From assembly GCA_030141605.1 (NCBI GenBank), contig JAQGDQ010000328.1, positions 1-64,000 of the forward strand: 64,000 nucleotides of DNA. Direction: 5' to 3'. Below, piece by piece: positions 1 to 11,639 of the stretch (within the stretch, counting starts at the first letter, position 1; each line of letters opens with the position of its first letter). The translations under genes and the position numbers were made by a program. Origin of the DNA: Tubiluchus corallicola. Lineage: Eukaryota > Animalia > Priapulida. Below the pieces are notes generated by a model. It saw nothing but the letters and a program-made list of their open reading frames with translations. It did not search any database and was not told the DNA's origin.

Positions 1-2389
1 ACTTGGAATTATATCGAACAGCTTTCACTCGACTGTGTTTACGTTCACATCATTTGAAAATTGAAACAGGACGATGGAGCCACCAACTGCGAGAACAACG
101 ATTATGCAAATGTGAATCCATACAAATGGAAGAATACATATTAAAGAGCTGTCCTCAAACTGAAGGCAGTTTACCGATGTAAACTTCGAATCATTAACTT
201 CAGTACTGCCTTGCAATAAATATTTAAAATTCGTTTATTTTTCTGAATGTGTTTGAATAGTGTATGCAAGCATTTAAGGTAAATTACCTTGTGTGAATTA
301 ATAGTTTAATAGTGAAACTGTGTTTAGATGTCGTCTGCTCTAATTTTATAAACACTGTGGACTAATTCAATGTTACCCCACCATCGTTAAATATATGTTA
401 TGTTGTAAAAGTTTTGGTCAATAAATACTACTACTACTAGTAGTAGTATAGCTTGTAATGGAATATATATATATATATTCCAAAACATTATAATATATGC
501 GCCTGCAATGCTATGCAATGTGACTTGCATTCAAACTACTGCGCCATATACTTCATTTTTATGTCACTCTATCGATTCATTTAATTAAATTTCCAGTTTG
601 CTGAAATGTCTTTTGGTTCAAGGTCAAAATACACTATGTCATTGTTTCTGACAGGTTTCAAAAAGCCTGCAAAACAACTTTCAACACTCTAGTCCTTGCA
701 ATTTTCTAGTTATTAGTTTGACACTGTTTCACCACTTTTTGCATAACCTAGCCACGCCCACTTCCGAAAAATACTTGCACACTTAACACCGCTGGGATAC
801 CAAAAGTGCAAAAAACATGCAAGCTCTTAATCCAGTACTATAGGGGGAGCTGAAAGACAACCTAACCACATAACATTGGGTTTTCAGAAGGTGACAGGCC
901 ACTCTAATTCATCGCATTGGAGCAGAATCAGATCCCCATGCTATACCCAACATAGCTGTGCAAACTGCACACGTTTCTACCTGCTTGCCACTGTTTTGGT
1001 TTGCTCTCAGAATAGGCTTCGACCTGGAGTTCGATCTTGTACCAGGATTACCTATGCCAATATTCTCAAAGTTGCTCCAATTATTTTTAGATGTAAACTT
1101 ATTATTTGATCTAAGCTCAAATGGAAGTGAAGCCACATCGAATAGATTACAGACACTTCGTGATGGTACGACTATAAGTCAAAAAGCTTGTGCTAAATTT
1201 AGGCATTGTACCAGCAAATATGTAAATAAAAACCGTAATGGCTTCTTTGAAAGCTTTTCTACTGTTATCTCTTGGAACCTGTTAATTTTTTTTTACCTTG
1301 ACCTATTAGAAGCTTCAAAATGCACAGTGTTATAATAAAAACAGTTACCTTTGCTGACTTGCTACTGTTGCTGAACACACTTTCAGTGTCTGCACTGGAA
1401 CCACACAAAGTAACCAACAGAAATATCATCTCTATTATTGGAGCCACATTCATTGTGCATATAACAACAATTGCTGAAATACATTATGAAAACAAATCCT
1501 ATAGATCAGTAAACATATAATTAGCAAAAAATTATAAATTGTCGAAATGAGAAGCACCTAGAACAAAATTGATTAAATAAATTGAACAAAAAACACACAA
1601 ACCTGCAGTATTTCGATTAATTTTTGTCGTTTATAGAATTGGCGTTGAACGACAGCGCAAAGTAATGAAGATGATGAGTTAATAATTGCTAATAGTTCTG
1701 AACGGGAGTGTAAAGCAGTTTTAAGAACGATGGCTTTTCCATTATGTGAACAATGTGTTGGTAAACAATGACTTAAAGAATGATTAGAATATGAACTAAA
1801 CAATGATCATCAGCTGTCAAAGATATTAAGTCAATGTGGAAAACGGCAATAAACTAGAAAAACTAAAAGCCCAAAAGAATTATCCTACTAAATTAATTAT
1901 AAACGATAAGCAAATGACACAACCTCGGCTAATGGCTGATAAATTTTTGTTGACGTTGAATCAACAACGGGAAAAATATTCCAAATAGTAATAATCATCA
2001 TTTTTTATATTTAACTGATAATTTCGGCACTGAATTTAGATTTGAATCCACTAGTAAAATAGAAATGCATTACGACGCCCTAGGCTAACTGTATAGTTCC
2101 GCTCTTCTCTATTGTGTATTTATGGTTATTTATATATGAAGCAAAGTACCCAATTACTTGTAGTGTATTAGCAGTACTGCCAACGTGATTCTACTGCATT
2201 TGCACAACGCTTATACCCAAGGGCTGTGCAACTGCTTATGGTTAATTCCTTTCATAGATAGATGAACTTGTTTGTTATGTCACACTTATGTAAAAGGTAC
2301 CATCTAACCTTTTGTGGAAGAGGAGAATAAAAAATTTTAATACTCTATCTATCTATCCCCGACTATAATGTTCATTTTCACAAAGCATT

Positions 2390-2883
2390 TGTTGTTGGCA
2401 TCCTTCTGTCTCGGAAAACAATGGAGTGTGCGCCAAGAGAGTCAGTTATTTATCACATTCCAGGGCGCACGCCTGGGCAAGGTGTATGGAGAACGTGGGT
2501 TGCCCAGATAAAAGGAACCCCCGCTCTTCCTCCCTGGTGTAGACCAAAGGAAAGCGGAGCGATACGTTTGGCACCAGGTTGGCTGCAGGAGCTGCCAGAG
2601 TCAGCGAGCATGCTGCACTGGTCCGCCTTCGGGGCTCCACTCCTGATTTGGAAGGTTTACTCCTCTACACATGGCCGTTGGGTCACTTGACCTCCTATGC
2701 CCTCTAGCCGCTGGCTGCTTGAGCAGCTCCTCCGCCAAGTGTCGAGATACAGTATGGGCATCCCGTAAGCCTACAGCACCTGGTATTCTTAGGCTGTCAC
2801 CCATCCAAGTACTAACCAGGCTCTACGTTGCTGCAACTTCGGTGATGAGACGAGAACCAGTGTTTTCAACGTGATATATTCCA
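2390..2883 (-). mobile_element. 5S rRNA-headed SINE (SINE3-like), full insertion with 10-bp target-site duplication
   Basis: Minus strand reads 5S-like head (2767-2877), then ~380 bp GC-rich body, then short (CAA)n tail. Direct repeat ACAAAGCATT flanks it at 2380-2389 and 2884-2893. Confidence 0.85.
2767..2877 (-). pseudogene. 5S rRNA-derived sequence (SINE head), lacks the first ~10 nt and the oligo-T terminator
   Basis: Reverse complement ATCACGTTGAAAACACTGGTTCTCGTCTCATCACCGAAGTTGCAGCAACG...GGTTAGTACTTGGATGGGTGACAGCCTAAGAATACCAGGTGCTGTAGGCTT matches metazoan 5S rRNA with several substitutions. Confidence 0.85.
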
Positions 2884-2924
2884 ACAAAGCATTGGACAAA
2901 AGAAAACACGATTTTTACCAAGTG

Positions 2925-3066
2925 CTCCTCCAAGTGTCGAGATGCAGTGTGGGCATCCCGTAAGCCTACAGCATCTGGTATTCTTAGGCTGTCACCCATC
3001 CAGGTACTAACCAGGCTGTACGTTGCTTAACTTCGGTGATCAGACGAGAACCGGTGTTTTCAACGT
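2925..3066 (-). pseudogene. Second, partial copy of the 5S head (2962-3066) plus the first ~37 bp of the SINE body
   Basis: Near-identical to 2727-2872, including the non-5S junction ACGGGATGCCCA. Confidence 0.8.
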
Positions 3067-3892
3067 TATTAATCTTTCTATACAAACTTTGCGACCGTTT
3101 GCCTGCTAGGTTAATAAAAGGTTTAATTTCAGCAATGCAATGCGTCATGCAAACGAGAGAATTTTTTGGAAACAACAAGACACGACGTAAAACTTTTCTA
3201 AATTCAACGTCAAATATTAATACATTTTTATCAGATAAGTTAAGTTGAGCAACCGTAAAATGAGCAGAAACAATAAAACTCGCCTATTTGTTATCGATTT
3301 AGAAAAGCAAAGCATTGAATTAACACTATCTATGAAACCGTAATAAATCGTTCATCGAATTTAAATCGTAAGATTGTGACCTAGATGACACACCTCATTG
3401 GCTAAAACTACCCAGGTTGGTTCGGTACCAGCAGGAGACCAAGCAGACTATGACTCTTCTGACATCCATCCACGAAACAACAGAATGATGTGTAAGAAAA
3501 ACGATACCTTTATTAGTAAATTACATGAAGTAGATTCAAAAAATAATGATGAAATAGAGTTTACACTGACGTGGATTACACTAACTGGACCAGTAAAAGA
3601 GCAGAGACGACCGCTTTTATGCAGGCCAAATGCATAACTTGGCTTGAAAGAAACTTACATTTTGCGTGACAGGGGTGTTCAGTACACTGTCATTTAAAAG
3701 CGCTATTCCATTTATTTCAATTTTGGGCGCCTGTCCAAATTCACTTCGTTGGTTTAGTATATAGTTTGCTGTTGTATAAAAAATGAATACATGCAAGTCT
3801 GCCAGGCTAAATTTCATTGTCATTAAAGTTTATTTCAATTGATAAATCAGCACAGCGAACTAGTTTATAATTTTCATAAAGTTAAAGGTGAG

Positions 3893-5464
3893 TTAAAGTA
3901 CTCTCACGCGCAGTGGAGACAATTTAGGTATATCGTAAGATTTGACATTGCATAAAGTTGCTGTTGGATTGTTGTCACCGTCATCGCCACCGTCATTGTC
4001 TCTTAAAAACTCTTCAGTTTCTGCCACAGGCGACAATGGTGGTTTCCCTAAACTCCTCGAGTACGGCTCAGCCAGAGGAGGAGGAGGTGACTCTAGCGTT
4101 GAGAATTTGGTTGTGTCCTGAGTGAGAAGCTCCTCTTCCCTGTCTGACTCGGGTGTTGCGTCTCTGAGATTCAGCTTAAAACGACTTGATGTTGTTGATG
4201 GCGTTGGCGTTGCCGCCACCACATAATTAACGTTCGGAGCTGACCGAAAAGTCTGTTTTGACAGTCGAACGAGGTTCGAACCGGAGGCACTACCGCCGGA
4301 TATCCGTCTCTGTAGTTCGGCAGCGGATCCGGATTTTCCGATCTTGTAAAGTCGGATCGTGTTCAGCGAGGACAAAGAGGAAGTTTTCGTCGAGAACAAC
4401 GTCCCATGGAAAAGAGAAGAGAAGCTGGGCTTGCGCAAATGCTTCGGAGGTTCCCGCCCGCAAATTCGACACGTTTTTACTAAAGCAGCGAATAACATTC
4501 TGCGCAGACTCTTCCTGAACTTCTCGTTATAAAAGGAGTAGATTAGAACGTTCATCCACGTCTCCGTCATAAAGATAATTTGGCAGATATTTATTACCGT
4601 GCCATACATAACATTCTGGCTCTCGGTAAGAACACCGAAGAAGAAGATACGAACAAACTGAACGACGTACGTAGGCAGATATGACACAGCAAATAAAATA
4701 ATAATGGCTATCATCATTCGTACAGCTTTTGCTTTCTTTTGCTTGGACTCGTGTGGTAGATACTTAGTATCTTCCCCTTTGTGTAAAACGTAACTGATTT
4801 TACCGTACAGACCACCAATGATGATTATAGGGAAGAGATAAAACAGGCAAAAGAGGCCAATAGTGACGTAGACGGCGAAGATGTTCTTGCTGGGGCGTGT
4901 GCAGTAGTAGATGACGGTGGAGTTCTGACTGAGCCACGCCCAGCTTCCGTTGGCGTAAGTTTCGTTGTGAAGGTAGGTCATGGCTTGATTAAGCTTCTGC
5001 TCACCCGTGAGTTGACTATAGAGAGTGGGAGTCAGATAAAGGAAAGCCAGAATCCAGATGATCACGATGATGACGATTGTCCTCTTTCTGCTAAACTTCA
5101 ACCTCATTGGGTGGACGATGGCCCTGTAGCGGTCAGCCGCAATGGCTATCATGGTCAGCAGACTGCACACGTAGTTGAATGTTATGAAATAATACACTTT
5201 GAGCCAGTAGCAGTTCTCAGGAAAGTCCTCTGGTACGAAATAAAGGAGGCGAACATACGTGATGGCGCCCAGGGCCATGAAGAGGTCTGCAGAGGACAAG
5301 GAGAATATGTACATGTTCATCGTTGACTTCCTCATGTCTTTATCCCACAGTAACGTGGCAATTACCGCCAAATTACACACTATGATCAACAGGGCAGTTA
5401 AGAAAAACATGAAAACACAAAACTCCCAGAATCCTGGGCGCAGGAAAAATAAAAACGTCTCCAT
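3893..5464 (-). CDS. Class A (rhodopsin-like) GPCR, neuropeptide-receptor-like, 523 aa, intronless CDS
   Basis: Seven hydrophobic segments; TM2 LSSADL, TM3 AIAADRYRAIVHP, TM4 W, TM5 YLFP, TM6 FAVSYLP, TM7 NVLIY, helix-8 EKFRKSL; long Ser/Thr-rich tail. AATAAA (minus) at 3829-3834. Pyrimidine-rich acceptor ...TTGTTTCAG at 5560-5580 implies a 5' UTR intron. Confidence 0.95.
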   Translation of the reverse strand: METFLFFLRPGFWEFCVFMFFLTALLIIVCNLAVIATLLWDKDMRKSTMNMYIFSLSSADLFMALGAITYVRLLYFVPEDFPENCYWLKVYYFITFNYVCSLLTMIAIAADRYRAIVHPMRLKFSRKRTIVIIVIIWILAFLYLTPTLYSQLTGEQKLNQAMTYLHNETYANGSWAWLSQNSTVIYYCTRPSKNIFAVYVTIGLFCLFYLFPIIIIGGLYGKISYVLHKGEDTKYLPHESKQKKAKAVRMMIAIIILFAVSYLPTYVVQFVRIFFFGVLTESQNVMYGTVINICQIIFMTETWMNVLIYSFYNEKFRKSLRRMLFAALVKTCRICGREPPKHLRKPSFSSLFHGTLFSTKTSSLSSLNTIRLYKIGKSGSAAELQRRISGGSASGSNLVRLSKQTFRSAPNVNYVVAATPTPSTTSSRFKLNLRDATPESDREEELLTQDTTKFSTLESPPPPLAEPYSRSLGKPPLSPVAETEEFLRDNDGGDDGDNNPTATLCNVKSYDIPKLSPLRVRVL

Positions 5465-5607
5465 CGTGTGTGATGTGGTGCTTCACACAACAAAACAATC
5501 AACTGACTTGGCCGACATGCAGTCAGTTATGCAGCTGTAATGAGTTACGTTTAGGATTTCTGAAACAAGATAAACAAACAGTTAAGACAAACTTCACAGC
5601 TTGAAAG

Positions 5608-5862
5608 CAATGAAAAGGCGGTTTCTGGAAAAAGTTTTTCTAAACTTACACGTTATAATCGATGAAAAAGTGATGATGATGATGACGATGATGATTACGA
5701 CGACGATGATGATGATGACAACGACGATAGTGATGATGATGATGATGACGACGACGATAGTGATGATTATGATGATGACGACAACGGTGATGGCGATGAT
5801 GATGATGATGATGATGACAACGACGATAGTGATGATTATGATGATGACGACAACGGTGATGG

Positions 5863-5913
<51 letters not shown>

Positions 5914-5961
5914 CAACGACGATAGTGATGATGATGATGATGATGATGATGACGACGATAC

Positions 5962-6033
<72 letters not shown>

Positions 6034-6381
6034 CGACGATGGCGACGATGATGCTGATGAGGAGAAGGAGGACAAAAATTATAAGTGATAATAATAATCA
6101 TTGACATTACGTACAATAAAGAAGCTGCAGCAAAATTTTATCAGACCTGTGTCATCGTTTTAGATACAGTATTACTTTCTGTAATTCTCATTTGAATTCA
6201 TCTTTTGAATGTCATAAATAATTATAATGCTTATGATGATTTTATGTGATGAATAAAATAAAATGTGACTGATTAACCTTTAAGTTGCAAATTTGTCAGA
6301 TTAATAAACATACAAAGATCAGATAATTACAGGCAGAGAATCATTTTAAACAATTTATTATTATTATTATTATTGTTGTTG

Positions 6382-6436
<55 letters not shown>
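5608..6436 (+). repeat. Left arm of long inverted repeat, containing expanded (GAT/GAC)n and (TTA)n microsatellites
   Basis: Unique parts ~5612-5672 and ~6068-6358 are reverse complements of ~14738-14797 and ~14341-14623. Confidence 0.9.
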
Positions 6437-6439
6437 ATT

Positions 6440-7080
6440 TATTATTTACGGCTAATTACAGCTCGATTGGTGTCCAAAAATTTCAACAAAATACTAATTT
6501 CAATTATCCAAAGTAGTCCCCGTGCGAAAGGGACAACATAGTGTAGCATATCATACAGTTCAATAATGTAAGTGTAAGCATTAGTACTAAACTTTACGTA
6601 CCAATGCAACTAACTTAACCACTTTTAATATATATATATTAAAAGTGGTTAAGTTAGTTGCATTTACCAACATCAAATGGTAAAGAGTTCCATACATTTG
6701 TTACTCGGCATGTAAAACTGTACAAACGAGCATTGAGTCGTACTTGTGGCTTTGTAAGCTTCAGATTATATCCACGAAGCCTTGTATCATTAGTCAACAC
6801 AAAAAGACGTCTGTAGTCATAATCAACAAGTCATAATCAACAATTCTTAATTGCCTTCTCAAAAACATTTGAAGCGTCCCCAGTTACCACTAACTTTAGG
6901 AAATTAAAACTGATCTTACGCGATCTGTGACACCAATGTAAACATCATCTTTCTTGATACCCATATCTCGTTCTTCATGAAAGTGTGAACCACACTTAAA
7001 AGATACTACTTGAACATCATTTACTAAACAAACTTGTAAATCGAATTAGCAAGATTCACAATGTATTTAGGGAAGCCTGG
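6440..7080 (-). mobile_element. Degenerate CR1-like LINE 3' fragment
   Basis: Minus strand translates to LRGYNLKLTKPQVRLNARLYSFTCRVTNVWNSLP, typical of the CR1-group ORF2 C-terminus, and further upstream EERDMGI. Confidence 0.7.
6603..6664. repeat. Perfect 62-bp palindrome with (AT)n centre
   Basis: AATGCAACTAACTTAACCACTTTTAATATAT is followed directly by its exact reverse complement. Confidence 0.95.
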
Positions 7081-7399
7081 GGCTGTTTGGGGGTTCTATG
7101 AAACTGGCTTCTGGGATTTCTCTTCATCGCTATGAGAGCTAAGGGACAGCTGCATGCATGAGTGAAGTTATTTATTCACACCAGTGTGTAATGCACACAC
7201 AAACAGGTCCAATAAACTCTCTGTGTAAAATGCAGTCGTTTTAAATGAACTCATGTCAAGAAGCGGCCTGTGGTTTGTGGTTTCTTGTTATGCTGTGTTC
7301 TTTACGTAACACGTTAAAATGGTTCTCTGTTTGTTTTAAAAGTAGATTTTTGAACCTATGGGGAGTTCGTACTAATTCAGTATGCCCCAATTATAATGA

Positions 7400-7405
7400 A
7401 TTATT

Positions 7406-7455
<50 letters not shown>

Positions 7456-7458
7456 CGT

Positions 7459-7523
<65 letters not shown>

Positions 7524-7524
7524 A

Positions 7525-7562
<38 letters not shown>

Positions 7563-7563
7563 A

Positions 7564-7626
<63 letters not shown>
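7400..7626. repeat. Compound microsatellite (ATT)n(CAT)n(ATT)n
   Basis: Seen directly. Confidence 0.95.
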
Positions 7627-7627
<1 letters not shown>

Positions 7628-8173
7628 TTAAATATTATTAATGATATCGCTGTCATTGTTGTTTCTCTGTCTTTCTTCCCTTTCGTTCTTTTCATCCATC
7701 CCTATTTTTCTCCTTTTGAATTTCTTCTTAAGGTGGCCTTGAGATTTATGCGTCTGTATTGCCATTTTAGGTCTCCTCAGTCATACAGCTTTACTATAAT
7801 TTTGTAATTTTCGGTCTTAAATGATTACAGAAAACTCAGTTTGTTTGGTTTCCTGTTTTTGCCTAAATAAATAAATCTTGAATCTTAAATCTTGAATACT
7901 ACAAAAATGTAAAATCTTACTGGATCAGCTCTAACGACAACATTTTCATTCACTCAGAAGCCTGATACTGACCTTAGTTCTGATGACATTAAATGGATAC
8001 AGAAATGCTTTATTATAACACAATAATATCTTGGTTCGCAACGTAAATAACGCCCATCTGTCGTGCTATTTGTCGTGCAAAACCGGACCCAATCTTAAAC
8101 TATAAGTTAAAAACAATCTACTCTTTAAAATATTGAAATATTAAAACATAAGCTTTGTGTTGTAAATGGACGA

Positions 8174-11083
8174 GTGGAGCCTGAGTATGATAACTTTACC
8201 TTTGTAGACCCAGGTCGTGGTAGCTCAGTTGTGGATTATCTTATTGTACCCCATAATAATATTGAGAATGTAAAAAGGTTCAGAGTACACCTAGCTCGTA
8301 CACTGTGTACAGATGTTAATATGATGGGTTCTAAGTTCCCTGATCATTCACTTATAGAAATGACAATTGTACCTAATTATTCTACGGAGGAGTATAATGA
8401 CAATAATGCACATTCTGTAGGTGATGATGATTTGTATGACAATGTGCCAGTTGATGATAAATATTACAGAAGATATTGTATGACTGATATTTCTGACCAA
8501 ATGTTCTCATCTGACATGTCTAAACAAGCATTGGCTAATTGTATCCAAAACATACAATCTTTTAGAGATGGTCAAACTGAAATTGATAATCTTTATAGTG
8601 AATTTTGTCAATTGTACTACAGTGAAATGGACAAATGGTTGAGATATAGAGATGTGAATCCCAAAGCCAAGAAAAGGCCTAGGCACTCAATAAAACCATT
8701 TTGGACAGAGGAACTTACAGATTTATGGAAAAGTTTATGTGATGCTGAGAAACAGTATTTATCCCTTCCTCAGCACAGTTGTGGACGAAAACAGGCTAGG
8801 AAGGTATTTATAGACTGTCAACACAAATTTGATCAGATTTATAAAAAGGAAAAAAGGAATTATCAAAGGCAAAAAATTTGTGATATTGAACAATTAAATG
8901 TTGATGATCCCAAGTCCTTTTGGCAAGAAATCAAAAAACTTGGTCCACAAAGTAAGCAAGAGATACCAATGGCTGTATATAATGAAGATGGGTCCATTAA
9001 TGTAAATCATGAAGACGTACTGAATAAATGGAAGCATGAATTTAGTACACTTTTCAGTGGACCTACTGAGTGTGGCATCTTCAATGATGAATTTTACATA
9101 AATGCAATGCAACAGAAAGCAAATTTGGAGTCTCAAATTGATTACTCAAATTCCAACATGTTTTTGAATAGGGATATCACACAGGAGGATGTAGAGAAAG
9201 TTGTGAGGAGGGCCAAAAATAAGAAAGCAGTTGGGTATGACAATCTCCCTAATGAGATTTTAAAGCTAAATCAGTCTATTAGTGTGCTCTCTGTTTTATT
9301 TAATAAGATATTTAACACTGGAGTTATCCCCTCAGTATGGAAATATGCCATTATAAAACCCATACCCAAAGGTTCTCTTATAGATCCCAAATTGCCTATG
9401 CAATATAGGGGAATTTCTTTGCTCTCCACAGTGTATAAATTGTATACTGGTGTCATTAATGTGAGATTAGCTGCATACATGGAGGAGAATGGTATTTACT
9501 GCGATGAACAAAATGGCTTTAGGTCGAAAAGATCTTGCACTGATCATATTTATGTGTTAACATCTATACTGAGAAACAGAATGAGTATGAATAAGAGCAC
9601 ATATGCTTGTTTCATCGATGCTGAAAAAGCATTTGATCGTGTAGATCGTGATCTCCTGTTGTATAAGTTGTTATGTCACAATGTGGATGGTAAAATGTAT
9701 AGCAGCATTAAGAATATTCTTTCAGATACCTATAGTGCTGTGAATCTAAATGGTATCCTCACTGATAAATTTAAATGTGAATATGGTGTCAGGCAGGGAG
9801 ACACTTTGTCACCAACCCTGTTCAGCTTGTATATAAATGATATGGCAGATGATGTAAAGTCCCTAAATATTGGTATTCCTGTTGGTAATGATAAGATTTG
9901 TATTTTAATGTATGCTGATGACGTTGTAATTTTAGCAGAATCTGAAGAAGATCTTCAGAAAATGTTAGATAAGATCACTGAGTGGGGAAAGAAATGGAGA
10001 ATCAAATTTCACAGTAAAAAGTCAAATGTTGTCCATTTCAGAAAACCCCAAGTGAATCAAACTGATGTACTATTTAAACTTAGTGATCAGATTTTGAGCA
10101 CTGTAGATAGGTATAAGTATCTGGGGATGTATCTTAATGAACATTTAGATTATAAGATTACAGCACAAGTACTGGCAGACTCAGGCAGTAGAGCTCTGGG
10201 TGCCTTGATTGGTAAATATAAAAAGTTAAATGGGCTGGGTTATTATTCTTTTACTAAGTTATTCAATGCAGGTGTATGTCCTATACTTGATTATGGTTCA
10301 GAAGTATGGGGATATAACAAGTACCCTAAAATTGATATTGTCCAGAATAAGGCATTAAGAATATTTCTTGGTGTTCATAATTTTGCTGCTAATCAATGTA
10401 TACAGGGTGATATGGGATGGTCACCATCTTCAGTTAGAAGAAAGTTATCTATGATAAGGTATTGGAATCGTCTTTTAACATTTGATAATTCTAGACTTGT
10501 TAAGAGAATATTTCTTTGGGACCGTAATACCAACGTTGGTTGGTCATATGAAATTTCTAAAGTCCTAGAGGAAGCAGGGTTCCAGCAAGCTTTTGTTAAT
10601 ATGGATACTGTACCTCTTAGCAGAGCATGGGCACAGCTGTATGAGAAACACTGTGTTGATTGGAAAGCAAAAAATGCAGATTACCCTAAACTTAGAACAT
10701 ATATATTGTATAAGAACAGCTTTGGAGTAGAACCATATGTTTATATTAATATGCAAGGAAAATACAGGTCTGTGCTTGCAAAGCTAAGAAGTGGTACTGT
10801 TCCCCTGGAACTGGAGCATGGTAGGTTTAGAAATGTTAAGGTTGGTGAACGTTTGTGTAAGATATGTTGCTGTGGAGATGTAGAAGATGAATCTCACTTT
10901 ATGTTTGTTTGTACACATTATAGACTAGAGAGAGAAGAATTTTTCCAAGATATTAACATGGACCCGGAACAATTAGATAATGTAAATAAATGGAAATATA
11001 TTATGTCAGAAGAGAATGTCCTTAGGACTGCAAAATATGCTTATAAGATTTTTAGAATGAGGCAAAGCAAGATATATATTTAA
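8174..11083 (+). CDS. LINE ORF2: C-terminal part of APE endonuclease, reverse transcriptase, CCHC zinc finger (969 aa; frame open back to the 5' junction)
   Basis: EN motifs LCVVNGR, SVVDY, PDHS; RT motifs YRGISL, QNGFR, FIDAEKAFD, GVRQGDTLSP, YADD, YKYLG; C-terminal CKICCCGDVEDESHFMFVC. Confidence 0.95.
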   Translation: MEPEYDNFTFVDPGRGSSVVDYLIVPHNNIENVKRFRVHLARTLCTDVNMMGSKFPDHSLIEMTIVPNYSTEEYNDNNAHSVGDDDLYDNVPVDDKYYRRYCMTDISDQMFSSDMSKQALANCIQNIQSFRDGQTEIDNLYSEFCQLYYSEMDKWLRYRDVNPKAKKRPRHSIKPFWTEELTDLWKSLCDAEKQYLSLPQHSCGRKQARKVFIDCQHKFDQIYKKEKRNYQRQKICDIEQLNVDDPKSFWQEIKKLGPQSKQEIPMAVYNEDGSINVNHEDVLNKWKHEFSTLFSGPTECGIFNDEFYINAMQQKANLESQIDYSNSNMFLNRDITQEDVEKVVRRAKNKKAVGYDNLPNEILKLNQSISVLSVLFNKIFNTGVIPSVWKYAIIKPIPKGSLIDPKLPMQYRGISLLSTVYKLYTGVINVRLAAYMEENGIYCDEQNGFRSKRSCTDHIYVLTSILRNRMSMNKSTYACFIDAEKAFDRVDRDLLLYKLLCHNVDGKMYSSIKNILSDTYSAVNLNGILTDKFKCEYGVRQGDTLSPTLFSLYINDMADDVKSLNIGIPVGNDKICILMYADDVVILAESEEDLQKMLDKITEWGKKWRIKFHSKKSNVVHFRKPQVNQTDVLFKLSDQILSTVDRYKYLGMYLNEHLDYKITAQVLADSGSRALGALIGKYKKLNGLGYYSFTKLFNAGVCPILDYGSEVWGYNKYPKIDIVQNKALRIFLGVHNFAANQCIQGDMGWSPSSVRRKLSMIRYWNRLLTFDNSRLVKRIFLWDRNTNVGWSYEISKVLEEAGFQQAFVNMDTVPLSRAWAQLYEKHCVDWKAKNADYPKLRTYILYKNSFGVEPYVYINMQGKYRSVLAKLRSGTVPLELEHGRFRNVKVGERLCKICCCGDVEDESHFMFVCTHYRLEREEFFQDINMDPEQLDNVNKWKYIMSEENVLRTAKYAYKIFRMRQSKIYI

Positions 11084-11288
11084 TACATGACTTGTCCATT
11101 CAGGTATATGTTAAAATTCCATATTATATATTTTCTTTTATTTGATATTCTATGTAAATGAACTGCACAGTTATTATGTGATAAATTTTCATGAAATTGA
11201 CTTGTAAGCCCAAGTGGGCTGGAAACAGCTTTAATAACATTTTACAGTATTAATTAGCACATGAATTATTACATTGTTATTATCATAT

Positions 11289-11639
11289 TGTTACGAAGAC
11301 GGGTTTTGACTAACCCCATAATGTTAGTAATGGCTATAGTCGAGAAGCCCAGTAATGCAAATGTACCTGTATAAAACAGAATGCATGCCGTAATTTGACG
11401 ATTCCAACCTGGCCCTTCTGTCTGTAAAGGTGAATGCTGTAGGTTTGCTCATTTTATACCAAAGTCTGTTCACATGTCATTCTTTTGGAGTTACCGGTTG
11501 TGCAATAAAGTTAAATTTACACTCGTATTCCGTATCTTTTTACTTTTCTCGTCTGCTGTAGTACTTTCATAACTTGTACGCCGCTCGATACATTCTGAGG
11601 AGACGGATCGGCGCCTGAAAAGGACCCGGATCCGTTACA
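11289..11639 (+). mobile_element. Solo LTR (351 bp, Gypsy-like) inside the LINE 3' UTR
   Basis: Termini TGTTAC...GTTACA; 4-bp TSD ATAT (11285-11288, 11640-11643); TATAAAA at 11370-11376; AATAAA at 11504-11509. Confidence 0.85.

Noticed and set aside
25-1453. Possible small secreted or membrane protein gene on minus (signal-peptide-like ORF 1265-1453, ORF 909-1136, hydrophobic ORF 25-216)
   Set aside because: The donor after ...SKSAK is phase 0 but the best acceptor for the next ORF is phase 1, and no domain is recognisable. Not supportable without RNA data.
1820-2060. Possible decayed LINE ORF2 linker fragment
   Set aside because: Only vague similarity across several frameshifts.
2767-3066. 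Functional tandem 5S rRNA genes
   Set aside because: Both copies lack the 5' end and the oligo-T terminator, and the first sits inside a TSD-flanked unit.
5601-7695. Poly-Met, poly-His, poly-Ser and poly-Tyr ORFs
   Set aside because: Translations of trinucleotide microsatellites.
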